This document shows, one piece after another, positions 16,305 to 26,373 of a stretch of 27,632 nucleotides of DNA (position 1 is its first letter; each line of letters opens with the position of its first letter). The stretch covers positions 1 through 27,632 of the forward strand of contig JBBQBR010000001.1 in NCBI GenBank assembly GCA_038317875.1, given 5' to 3'. Source of the stretch: Lysobacterales bacterium (GTDB lineage: Bacteria; Pseudomonadota; Gammaproteobacteria; Xanthomonadales; SZUA-5). Below the pieces are notes generated by a model, which saw only the letters and a list, made by a program, of their open reading frames with translations, had not been told where the DNA came from and did no database searches. The translations under genes were made by a program, and so were the position numbers.

Positions 16305-17009
16305 ATGGCATCTCAAGAAGTCGGCGTAATTAGTAAGGAGAGTGGCGCTGCGGCGCTTAAGTACCAGCTTGAGCGTGTGCGACGTGCGCGCGATCCACTT
16401 GATATGCGTAATCATGATCCGCGCCTTAAAAACCTGCAAATGTGGCAATCTGAGCGTTTGGAGCGTGACTATACCGACGTGCGGAAAGTGCCAAAAAATT
16501 TGCTCGCCTGTAATTTCTTTCTCTACGAACTCTATGGTGACGCGGATTTTGCTCGTCGTGACCACGATGTCGAGCGTATTTATCCGATTATGGTCAAGGT
16601 CTTGCCGGGTGCGGTGCTGGGAACTGTTAGCCGAGCAGTTGAATTGAATGCGCTTAGCCACGAACTTGATTTGTCAATGTTGGTGCATTTGCCGAACGGT
16701 GAGTTGACAGAGGCCGACTATGTGCGTGCTTATCGTTTGAGCGTCCCTGTTGAGCAGCGGCGCTACCAGTTGTCACTCATTTTGCGCCTTGGGCGCGAGC
16801 TGGCGCGCGTCGTTAGAATTCCACTTATGTATCGTTTATTACAGCTATGCCGATGGCCGGCCAAAGTGGCGGGGCTAGGCGCTCTGCAGCTATTTCTGGA
16901 ACGTGGCTTTGCCGCATTCGTCGCGCTAGACGGCGCTAAACCGTTCTTGGGGGAAATTCGCAAGCGTGAGGTGGCTTTTTTGAAACGTTGTATCGCAGTA
17001 CAAACCTAG
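16305..17009 (+). CDS. FFLEELY-motif protein of unknown function
   Basis: WQSERLERDY.D, NFFLYELYGD.DF..RD, ELNALSHELD, AGLGALQ.FLERGF.AF match the FFLEELY family pattern. Confidence 0.8.
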   Translation: MASQEVGVISKESGAAALKYQLERVRRARDPLDMRNHDPRLKNLQMWQSERLERDYTDVRKVPKNLLACNFFLYELYGDADFARRDHDVERIYPIMVKVLPGAVLGTVSRAVELNALSHELDLSMLVHLPNGELTEADYVRAYRLSVPVEQRRYQLSLILRLGRELARVVRIPLMYRLLQLCRWPAKVAGLGALQLFLERGFAAFVALDGAKPFLGEIRKREVAFLKRCIAVQT

Positions 17010-17015
17010 GAAAAG

Positions 17016-18341
17016 CTAGCTGGTTTTATTCGTGCGCCACCAATCTAGCCCCTGTAACCACCAATATTTGCTTTGCGCTGCAGCCAGTCCAAATGCCCCG
17101 AAGGTTCGGGTCAAACCAAATCGCTTGAGTTCCAGATAGCTTAGATTTCCGGCTGCTATCGCGCTTGCAAGTGTTTCACCCGCCACGCAGCAGGGCGCAA
17201 GGCCGTGTCCACCAAATGCCTGTGCATGCCATAAACCTGGCTGTGTTTGGCCAATTTGCGGCATTTCGTGGGTTGCATAACTCATCAGACCACTCCACGC
17301 GTGTTCGATTTTCACGTCTTTGAGCTGAGGGTAAACGCGAATCATATCCGCCCGAAGCATTTTCGCTACTTGCTTCGGTGCTGCATCTCTGACGTTGATG
17401 CGCCCGCCCCAAACGATTCGGCTTTCCGGTGTTGCTCGGTAGTAATCAAACGCGAAGCGGGTGTCGTAAACGGCGGCATCCGTGTTGATAACCTCTTTTA
17501 AGCGAGAACCTAGCACTTCAGTAGCGATCACATAGGTCGCGATCGGAAGCACGGCGCTACTTAGCGCTGGCTGATTTTGCGCAAGTTTGCCGGCCAAATA
17601 GCCGCCGCAGGCGAGTACTACATGGTCGCATTCGACGTTGCCATGATTTGTTTTTACCCGCCAGCGACGGCTCGGCGAGGTGTTATTTGCTGAACTTGCA
17701 ATTGGTGTAACGCTTTCAACCATTACTTGTTCAACGATTTTTGCCCCTTGCGCTCTTGCCGCTTCAGCCAAGCCTCGTATTAATCTGAGCGGGTTTAGAT
17801 GCAGTGCATTGCGCTCAAAAAGTGCGCCGCTGTAGCGGGCGGTGTTGAGCATCGTCGCGAGTTCTGCTTTAGAAACCTTCCGCCAGTCGCAAGCAAAGTA
17901 CTCCCGTAATAGGCTCTGTCGCGCGCTGAGCGCCGTTTCATCGTCAAACCAATTCGCCCAAAGCACGCCAGCATCAACGGCTTCGCAGGTGATTGCATAG
18001 CGATTAATTCGCTCCCGAATCAAATTTACTGCAGCCTGTGTACGCTGATACCAAGCCTTTGCAAGCGTCGCGCCCAGCGCGTTTAATAAGGCCTGTTCAC
18101 CTAAGGAAAAGCCCGCAAAAACAAAACCACCATTGCGCCCGGACGCACCAAAGCCGACGCTGTTTTGTTCCAGTACGATTGCAGAAATGCCACGCTCGGC
18201 GAGCCCAAGCGCAGTATTGATACCGGCAAAGCCAGCGCCAACGATTACCGTGTGGACATACTCAGGTGCTTGCCAGGTGTCAAAGACCGGTGCGGCTGGA
18301 CTAGTGTCGTGGTAGAGACTTGCGATTGCATGATTTTTCAT
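17016..18341 (-). CDS. FAD-dependent oxidoreductase (PuuB/OrdL-like, DAO family)
   Basis: VGAGFAG, GASGRNGG, FDYYR, AWSG, GFGGHG-like AFGGHG. ATG 18341 preferred over 18377. Confidence 0.9.
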   Translation of the reverse strand: MKNHAIASLYHDTSPAAPVFDTWQAPEYVHTVIVGAGFAGINTALGLAERGISAIVLEQNSVGFGASGRNGGFVFAGFSLGEQALLNALGATLAKAWYQRTQAAVNLIRERINRYAITCEAVDAGVLWANWFDDETALSARQSLLREYFACDWRKVSKAELATMLNTARYSGALFERNALHLNPLRLIRGLAEAARAQGAKIVEQVMVESVTPIASSANNTSPSRRWRVKTNHGNVECDHVVLACGGYLAGKLAQNQPALSSAVLPIATYVIATEVLGSRLKEVINTDAAVYDTRFAFDYYRATPESRIVWGGRINVRDAAPKQVAKMLRADMIRVYPQLKDVKIEHAWSGLMSYATHEMPQIGQTQPGLWHAQAFGGHGLAPCCVAGETLASAIAAGNLSYLELKRFGLTRTFGAFGLAAAQSKYWWLQGLDWWRTNKTS

Positions 18342-18499
18342 TAGGTTGATAGTTTGCCAGCTGTACGCGCATCGCAAAAGCTCATGCTAACTCCTGACGT
18401 TCAGCCAATTCACCGCTACACTTCACAGGAAAAACGCAGTTTCGTGGCCCAGGGTCGCGATGCCATCGCCAATACCGAATCGATACGACGGGATGAATA

Positions 18500-20224
18500 A
18501 TGAGCCAATTAATAGGCAGCTATGAAGTTTTATCTGAACTAGGTCGGGGTGGCATGGGCGTGGTGTACAAGGCGTTTGAGCCAAAGCTCAAGCGTGTGGT
18601 TGCGTTAAAAATGTTGAACGAAGGCATCGCGCATCAGCCAGGCCTAGTCGAGCGTTTTTATCGTGAAGCGCATGCGATGGCGACCTTGAGTGACCCATAT
18701 GTGGTGCAGATTTATGCCGTAGGCGAACACCAGGGGCAGCCATTTTTTGTCATGGAATATGTGGATGGCGAATCCCTGGGTGGGCGGCTAAAACGTGAGC
18801 GCCTGAGCGTGCGTGAAGCGCGTAAGGTGATGACGCAGGCAGCGAGTGGATTGCAGTCCGCGCACGAGCAAGGCTTGATCCATCGTGACATAAAGCCAGG
18901 AAACTTAATGCTGACACAAAAAGGCAGCGTCAAAGTTACCGATTTTGGTATTGCGCTAGCGGCGGGTACCGGCGAGCGGCTTACTGGCACCGGCGGCATT
19001 ATTGGTACACCCGGCTACTTATCACCGGAAGCATGTCTGGGTGAGCCTTTAGATGCTAGGACGGACATTTTTGCGTTGGGCGTCGTGTTTTACGAGATGT
19101 TGACCGGGCGTTTGCCGTTCGACGACAAATCGCCATACGCCCTTATGGCGGCCGTCGTGCAGGCTCAGATTCCAGATGTCACCTTACTCAATAGTGAGAT
19201 CGACCCAAATACATTGGTAATACTGACTAAGATGTTGGCGCGCCTTCCGGCTGAGCGGTATCAAAGCTGCGCAGAAGTGGTTAGCGCATTAGAAGCCGGT
19301 ATGAACGCATCGCCCGTTCCGCCGCCGCGTCCTGCGGCTGGAAATGTGCCTGCAGTGCCTTTGCCGCCGATAAGAATGCCGACGCCGGTGCCAGTTGCGA
19401 ATTATTTGACGCCACCTAATAGCCCGCCTGCGCACAATACTGGCCCAGGCTATCCAAGCCCGCCGCACGCCAGTCCAAGTCAAGGGCCGCCTAGTCATGC
19501 GCCAAGCAATTACCCGCCTTCCAGCTATGGGGCATCTAGTTATCCCCCACAATCGAACACGGCGCCGGGATATTCAGCGCATCCACAAATGTATCCCCAA
19601 GGCTACACACCAACGCAACCGATCATCCTGCCACCGCAAAAATCAAGTCTATTGCCCTGGGTTTTTGGGGGTGTCGGTGCGCTAGTTGTAATGGGTTGGC
19701 TCGTAATCGCGCAGAGTACAAGCACTGATCCAGTTGTGCCGCCGAATACTCAGCTCATTCCCGACACGGAGCCAACGCGAGCACCAGCGGAACAAGTAGC
19801 CGACGCGCCCGTTGTTGAACCTACAGACCCACCTGCCAATGCTGAAGTTGCAACGGTGAGCGCTGAAAACATGCAAACACTACTGGGGACTTATAAAGGT
19901 AAAATCGGAAAGGCAGACTTCGTTTTGGTGCTGCAGCAAGAATCAAATGGCGAAATTACCGGCTATAACCTAGCTGACGATAAGCGTCGTCCTGTTACTG
20001 GCAAGGTCGAGTTTTTCAACGAAGATATCGACGCAGACGGGGATACCTGGAGTGTTTACAGCATTGTTTTGGAGGAGCCCGGCGACGATGACAACGATGG
20101 CAAATTCCGTCTTGAAATCAAACACACGCAAAAATATGTCAGCGGTAGCGGCAGTTGGACCAGTTTCTCCGGTTCCCAGCAATTTGATATTGCGGTAAGC
20201 GGGTACAGTTCGACGCGAGAGTGA
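18500..20224 (+). CDS. Hanks-type Ser/Thr protein kinase with Pro-rich linker, one TM helix and an external domain
   Basis: GRGGMGVVY, VALK, HRDIKPGN, DFG, GTPGYLSPE, DIFALG. TM segment LLPWVFGGVGALVVMGWLVIA. Confidence 0.93.
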   Translation: MSQLIGSYEVLSELGRGGMGVVYKAFEPKLKRVVALKMLNEGIAHQPGLVERFYREAHAMATLSDPYVVQIYAVGEHQGQPFFVMEYVDGESLGGRLKRERLSVREARKVMTQAASGLQSAHEQGLIHRDIKPGNLMLTQKGSVKVTDFGIALAAGTGERLTGTGGIIGTPGYLSPEACLGEPLDARTDIFALGVVFYEMLTGRLPFDDKSPYALMAAVVQAQIPDVTLLNSEIDPNTLVILTKMLARLPAERYQSCAEVVSALEAGMNASPVPPPRPAAGNVPAVPLPPIRMPTPVPVANYLTPPNSPPAHNTGPGYPSPPHASPSQGPPSHAPSNYPPSSYGASSYPPQSNTAPGYSAHPQMYPQGYTPTQPIILPPQKSSLLPWVFGGVGALVVMGWLVIAQSTSTDPVVPPNTQLIPDTEPTRAPAEQVADAPVVEPTDPPANAEVATVSAENMQTLLGTYKGKIGKADFVLVLQQESNGEITGYNLADDKRRPVTGKVEFFNEDIDADGDTWSVYSIVLEEPGDDDNDGKFRLEIKHTQKYVSGSGSWTSFSGSQQFDIAVSGYSSTRE

Positions 20225-20354
20225 CGAAGGTTTTTTTAAGTTATCGTCGTAATGCCGGAAAGCAGAATTTGTGCGGAAGGGTAGGGCGCTGTTTCAAATA
20301 ACTTTCTGCGTAAGGGCATTGTCGCAGACAGATATGACTTTTTGTCCCGCAAAT

Positions 20355-20382
20355 AAAAAACCCCGCCGAAGCGGGGTTTTTT
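20355..20382. terminator. Bidirectional intrinsic terminator
   Basis: AAAAAACCCCGC-CGAA-GCGGGGTTTTTT between the convergent kinase and cold-shock genes. Confidence 0.9.
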
Positions 20383-20395
20383 AAGCAACTTGCAA

Positions 20396-20599
20396 TTAAG
20401 CAGATTGAATGTTTGAGGCTTGTTTGCCTTTAGCGCCGTCAGTGATGTCAAAGGAGACGCGTTGGCCTTCCTTCAAGCTCTTGAAGCCGGGCATATTGAT
20501 TGCTGAGAAGTGTGCGAAAAGATCTTCGCCGCCTGCTTCTGGGGTCACAAAGCCGAAGCCTTTGGAATCGTTGAACCACTTTACTGTACCTAGTGCCAT
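20396..20599 (-). CDS. Cold-shock protein, CspA family
   Basis: 67 aa with GTVKWFN, RNP1 KGFGF, RNP2 DLFAHF, LKEGQRV. Confidence 0.97.
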   Translation of the reverse strand: MALGTVKWFNDSKGFGFVTPEAGGEDLFAHFSAINMPGFKSLKEGQRVSFDITDGAKGKQASNIQSA

Positions 20600-20816
20600 T
20601 TTGAGTCTTACCTAATTATTTGTATGTTAATTACTGTTTTGAAGCAGTGTTGCGCGGTTTGAGGCTCAAGACTAGCAAAATGATTAAATCCGTTTGAAGG
20701 GTTCTAATCAGCGCAGTAGAAATTCGGACTACGAAACTCGCACTGGAACTCTACCTGACTTTTTTAACTTTTGAAAAGAAAGATTTTCAAATCCAGTGAA
20801 ATTGTTCAGCGTTCAT

Positions 20817-22360
<1,544 letters not shown>

Positions 22361-22481
22361 GATTTAGCCTTTGGAGGTCTTAAAAAGTAAAGAGTTGTTT
22401 ACTACATCAATTATTAGTTGACACTAAAAAATCATCTAATTTACTTAGCACTACATTAATTTGTTGCCAGTTTTCGCGCCG

Positions 22482-23465
22482 TCAAAGCCCAATCAAAGCA
22501 AGTTCTAGTTCGCTGAGCAGATTGTCAGTGAGTTTTTTCCGCGCATCTAAAGCGCCAAAATTTTCCTCAAGCTGCTTGCGGTTCGATGCCCCCAAGATAA
22601 CGCTGGATACGTTGGGGTTACGTAGACACCACGCAAGTGCAAGCTGCGACAGAGGGATGCCTGCGGCGTCAGAAATGTGGTTGAGCCGCTTGATCTGACC
22701 AAATTTTTGTTCTGGCTGCTCGCCAAGCGCGAATTTTTGCAGCCATTCCAGCCCAGGCAAACTAAATCTATTGGTTTTGGCAAACGCTTCGCGGCTGCGG
22801 TACTTGCCACTCAAAATGCCAGACGCTAGCGGTGACCAAATGGTGGTTCCCAAACCAATGTTTTCGTAAAGGGGCAAATATTCGCGTTCCACCCGTTCGC
22901 GGTGGAGTAAGTTGTATTGAGGCTGCTCCATTTGTGGGCCGATTAGATTGTGTTTGTTTGCGTAGTCATGCGCCGACATAATTTCCTTTGCTGACCATTC
23001 TGAGGTGCCCCAATAAAGCACTTTGCCCGTCATGATCAGCTGGTGCATGGTCCAACAAATCTCGCTGACCGGCGTTTCGGGGTCAGGCCGGTGGCAAAAA
23101 TACATATCCAGATAGTCAACTTTCAGTCTGACCAGTGACTGGTTGCAGGCATCATGGATGTGCTTACGGCTGAGGCCTTTTTGAGTTGGCTTTGGATCCT
23201 TGGCGCTACCAAAGAAAACTTTAGATGACACACACCACGAGTCACGCGGGTAGCCAAGCTCAGCAAATGCTTGGCCCATCAATTCTTCTGCGGCGCCATT
23301 CGAGTAAGACTCAGCGTTGTCGAAAAAATTTACCCCGAAATCATAGGCACAACTGAGTAAGTCTTTGACTTCATTGATTTTTAGCTGGCTTCCAAAGGTG
23401 ATCCAGGCACCAAAGGATAATGCTGAAATTTTTAGGCCGGTGCGGCCTAGGGCGCGATATTCCAT
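22482..23465 (-). CDS. Aldo-keto reductase (Kv-beta-like subfamily)
   Basis: MEYRALGRTGLKISALSFGAWITFG, with catalytic tetrad in FFDNAESY, SSKVF, YFCHRPD. Confidence 0.93.
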   Translation of the reverse strand: MEYRALGRTGLKISALSFGAWITFGSQLKINEVKDLLSCAYDFGVNFFDNAESYSNGAAEELMGQAFAELGYPRDSWCVSSKVFFGSAKDPKPTQKGLSRKHIHDACNQSLVRLKVDYLDMYFCHRPDPETPVSEICWTMHQLIMTGKVLYWGTSEWSAKEIMSAHDYANKHNLIGPQMEQPQYNLLHRERVEREYLPLYENIGLGTTIWSPLASGILSGKYRSREAFAKTNRFSLPGLEWLQKFALGEQPEQKFGQIKRLNHISDAAGIPLSQLALAWCLRNPNVSSVILGASNRKQLEENFGALDARKKLTDNLLSELELALIGL

Positions 23466-23648
23466 GATGATCCTTGGAAGTGGAGATGGGAGATGTGTTC
23501 TTGAAAAGCCTAGCGAATGCTTGAAAGTTCAGTTGAAGCATGCGCGATTGCACTATAGACGGCATTGATCGAAATTATTCGAACAAGGACTTGGAATTGC
23601 AAGTTTTGCCCAAATACAATGCTTCGAGCGGATTGTTCGACAAATATG

Positions 23649-23675
23649 GAACTAAACCAATGTCTAGGCGTCAAT
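23649..23675 (+). promoter_or_regulatory. Candidate sigmaE-type promoter upstream of rpoH
   Basis: GAACTA-N16-TCAAT versus GAACTT-N16-TCTGA/TCAAA. rpoH has a sigmaE promoter in E. coli and Pseudomonas. Confidence 0.4.
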
Positions 23676-23881
23676 GTAGTTCGCTGCCGCACTGAACTGC
23701 ATGACTGGTCACTATATGCTGGGCAAAATTCGATCCTAGGAAAAACGCAGGTCTTAACAAAACCCGAAAAGTACGATGTGTAAAGTCTTAGAATTTTAGT
23801 TTTTAACTCGCAATCCTCTATACTTTAGAGCTACTTGCGCGATGTAGTACTCACGCTTGAACGATACAAAGGATACACACA

Positions 23882-24820
23882 ATGTTTAATGCACAAATGG
23901 CCAACACTTTAAGAGCGGATCATTTTGGTTCTGGTGCGACGTCGACGGCAATGACGTTGCCACGCCAAGCTATGGCTGGGCTTCCGACGTTTGCGAACTC
24001 GGCAATTGGTAGTCTTGATGCCTACATCGGTACGGTCAATGCCTACCCAATGCTGACCGTTGAGCACGAGCAGTGGCTTGCAACCCGTTTGCGTGACGAC
24101 AACGATTTGGAGTCGGCGCGTGAACTGATCATGGCACACTTGCGTTTTGTCGTACACGTTGCGCGCGGCTACGCAGGCTATGGCTTGGGCGTGGGTGATT
24201 TGATTCAAGAGGGCAATATTGGTTTGATGAAAGCAGTGAAGCGCTTTGATCCGACGGTCGGCGTGCGCTTGGTTAGCTTTGCTGTGCACTGGATCAAGGC
24301 CGAAATTCACGAATTTATCCTGAAAAACTGGCGTATCGTCAAAATTGCGACCACTAAGTCGCAGCGAAAACTGTTCTTTAATCTGCGTCGCATGAAAAAG
24401 CGCTTAGGTTGGATGAATGCGAAAGAAGTCCAGGTCGTTGCAGATGAGCTGGGTGTAGAGCCAGCAACCGTGCGCGAAATGGAGGCGAGGTTGAACGGCA
24501 TGGATGTCGCATTCGATGCGCCTGCTAATGATTCTGAAGATGCGCGGCCATCGCCGGTAGCGTTCTTAGTGGATCAAAACAATATTGACCCTTTTGATAC
24601 CTTTGAAAACGCTCAGCTTGAGTCCTCGAATCTAGACGTTTTGCACGAAGGTCTAGAAAAGTTGGACGAGCGCAGCCGCGATATCGTTTCACGTCGATGG
24701 TTGGCGGAGCCAAAGGCGACGCTGCATGAACTGGCTGCGGAGTACAGCGTGTCGGCAGAGCGAATTCGTCAAATTGAAGCAAACGCATTTAAGAAGATGC
24801 GCGCGCTGTTCGTCTCCTAA
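23882..24820 (+). CDS. rpoH: RNA polymerase sigma-32 factor
   Basis: [19 protein letters not shown], RpoH box [23 protein letters not shown] Shine-Dalgarno before ATG 23882. Confidence 0.97.
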   Translation: MFNAQMANTLRADHFGSGATSTAMTLPRQAMAGLPTFANSAIGSLDAYIGTVNAYPMLTVEHEQWLATRLRDDNDLESARELIMAHLRFVVHVARGYAGYGLGVGDLIQEGNIGLMKAVKRFDPTVGVRLVSFAVHWIKAEIHEFILKNWRIVKIATTKSQRKLFFNLRRMKKRLGWMNAKEVQVVADELGVEPATVREMEARLNGMDVAFDAPANDSEDARPSPVAFLVDQNNIDPFDTFENAQLESSNLDVLHEGLEKLDERSRDIVSRRWLAEPKATLHELAAEYSVSAERIRQIEANAFKKMRALFVS

Positions 24821-24838
24821 GCCTTTCAGTTAGCCGCG

Positions 24839-25675
24839 ATGCCGCGCTACGCGCTGGCCGTCGAATATGACGGCACCGAGTACGACGGCTGGCAATCGCA
24901 GGCAGTTGGTATAACGTTGCAGCAGAGTTTGCAAAAGGCGCTCAGCGTCGTTGCAAATTCCGCCATTGTCGTGAACTGCGCGGGCCGGACTGACGCTGGG
25001 GTACATGCCAGCGGTCAAGTGGTCCATTTTGATTCGCCGGTAGAGCGCAGCGCGCGCGCCTGGATGCTTGGCACGAACTCGAATTTGCCCGATAGCATGG
25101 CGGTGCATTGGGCGGGCCAAGTTGCCGATGATTTCCACGCGCGCTATAGCGCGTTGGCACGCGAATATTGCTACAGCTTGTTAAATCGCCAAGCCCGGCC
25201 CGGTTTAAGCGCGCGCACTCTGGCCTGGGAGCGCAAGCCGCTGGATGTTCCTGCGATGCAGGAAGCCGCGAATTCACTGATAGGTCAGCAGGACTTTACT
25301 AGCTTTCGCACCGTCGCCTGCCAAGCGAAGCGCCCATGGCGAAGGTTGGATCGCTTGGATATCGAACGCGATGGCAAAGTGCTGAATTTCCGTGTGCAAG
25401 CGAATGCTTTTTTGCACCACATGGTGCGCAATTTGGTCGGCAGCCTGCTTGTAGTTGGCCGCGGTGAGCAAAAGCCCGAGTGGATTCGTGCTGTATTGTC
25501 TGCGAAAGATCGCTCGCTTGCAGGTGCCACAGCGCCAGCGGGTGGCTTGGTATTTATCGGCCCGAAATACCCCGCTGCAGCAGGATTGCCAGAGCCCTTC
25601 TGTGCCGCACCTGATTTAGAACTGTGGGATCCAAATAGCGGTTGGCCAGAAGAATTTGGAATTGGGGGGGCTTAG
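24839..25675 (+). CDS. truA: tRNA pseudouridine(38-40) synthase
   Basis: EYDG..Y.GWQ.Q, AGRTDAGVHASGQV, FHARYSA..R.Y.Y, NAFLHHMVRNLVG. Confidence 0.97.
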   Translation: MPRYALAVEYDGTEYDGWQSQAVGITLQQSLQKALSVVANSAIVVNCAGRTDAGVHASGQVVHFDSPVERSARAWMLGTNSNLPDSMAVHWAGQVADDFHARYSALAREYCYSLLNRQARPGLSARTLAWERKPLDVPAMQEAANSLIGQQDFTSFRTVACQAKRPWRRLDRLDIERDGKVLNFRVQANAFLHHMVRNLVGSLLVVGRGEQKPEWIRAVLSAKDRSLAGATAPAGGLVFIGPKYPAAAGLPEPFCAAPDLELWDPNSGWPEEFGIGGA

Positions 25676-25705
25676 GGTGTCTATGGAGATGGCTCTAATG
25701 CCGTT

Positions 25706-26353
25706 ATGGGTGTAACGCGAATTAAATTTTGCGGGCTGACCCGCGCTGAGGACGTGCTGCTGGCCGCCGATTTAGGCGTAGCAGCGCTTGGCTTTGTCTG
25801 CGTGCCGGCGAGTAAACGTTACGTTGATATTGAACTAGCGGCAGCATTAGTGCGGGCCACACCGCCATTTGTACATTCGGTGGGGCTTTTTCAAAACGCG
25901 AACGCAGAAGTAGTGCGCGCGACGCTATCACAAGCAAAATTTTCGATGCTGCAATTTCACGGCGCGGAAGATTCGTCCTTTTGCGCGAGTTTTGGTCTGC
26001 CATTTATTAAAGCGATCCCGATGGCAGATGCGCCAGATTTGGCTGAATGTGCTATTACGTTCAGACAAGCGAGTGCATTGCTGTTAGATTCCCACTCGTT
26101 GCTGGGCACAGATAAAATCGGTGGCAGCGGGCATTGTTTTGACTGGTCCAGTGTTACTAATTTGACGCTTCACAGCCCACCTAGCTGTTTGATTCTTGCC
26201 GGTGGCTTGACGTTAGCTAATGTAGCGTCAGGCATTCGCATACTAAAACCCTATGCCGTTGATGTTAGTAGCGGTATTGAATCCAGTCCTGGAATTAAGG
26301 ACGCAGAAAAAATGCGTCAGTTTGTACAAACGGTTAATGCCGCGCTAATTTGA
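25706..26353 (+). CDS. trpF: Phosphoribosylanthranilate isomerase
   Basis: [42 protein letters not shown]. Confidence 0.96.
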   Translation: MGVTRIKFCGLTRAEDVLLAADLGVAALGFVCVPASKRYVDIELAAALVRATPPFVHSVGLFQNANAEVVRATLSQAKFSMLQFHGAEDSSFCASFGLPFIKAIPMADAPDLAECAITFRQASALLLDSHSLLGTDKIGGSGHCFDWSSVTNLTLHSPPSCLILAGGLTLANVASGIRILKPYAVDVSSGIESSPGIKDAEKMRQFVQTVNAALI

Positions 26354-26373
26354 AATATCAGACGAGAAAAGCA

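Noticed and set aside
16092-16661. 189-aa minus-strand ORF
   Set aside because: Antisense to two well-supported genes, with no motifs.
20236-20451. 71-aa minus-strand ORF downstream of csp
   Set aside because: Crosses the strong terminator and overlaps csp out of frame.
22414-22462. CIRCE-, OxyR- or Xanthomonas LexA-like site upstream of bcp (TTAG/CTAA blocks, TTAGCACTA)
   Set aside because: Only a CIRCE left half is present. Block spacings of 6/8/5 do not fit the OxyR N7 pattern, and TTAG-N6-TACTA is not matched.
23844-23870. Degenerate CIRCE upstream of rpoH (GTAGTACTC-N9-CGATACAAA)
   Set aside because: Left arm 7/9 but right arm only 4/9, too weak to call.
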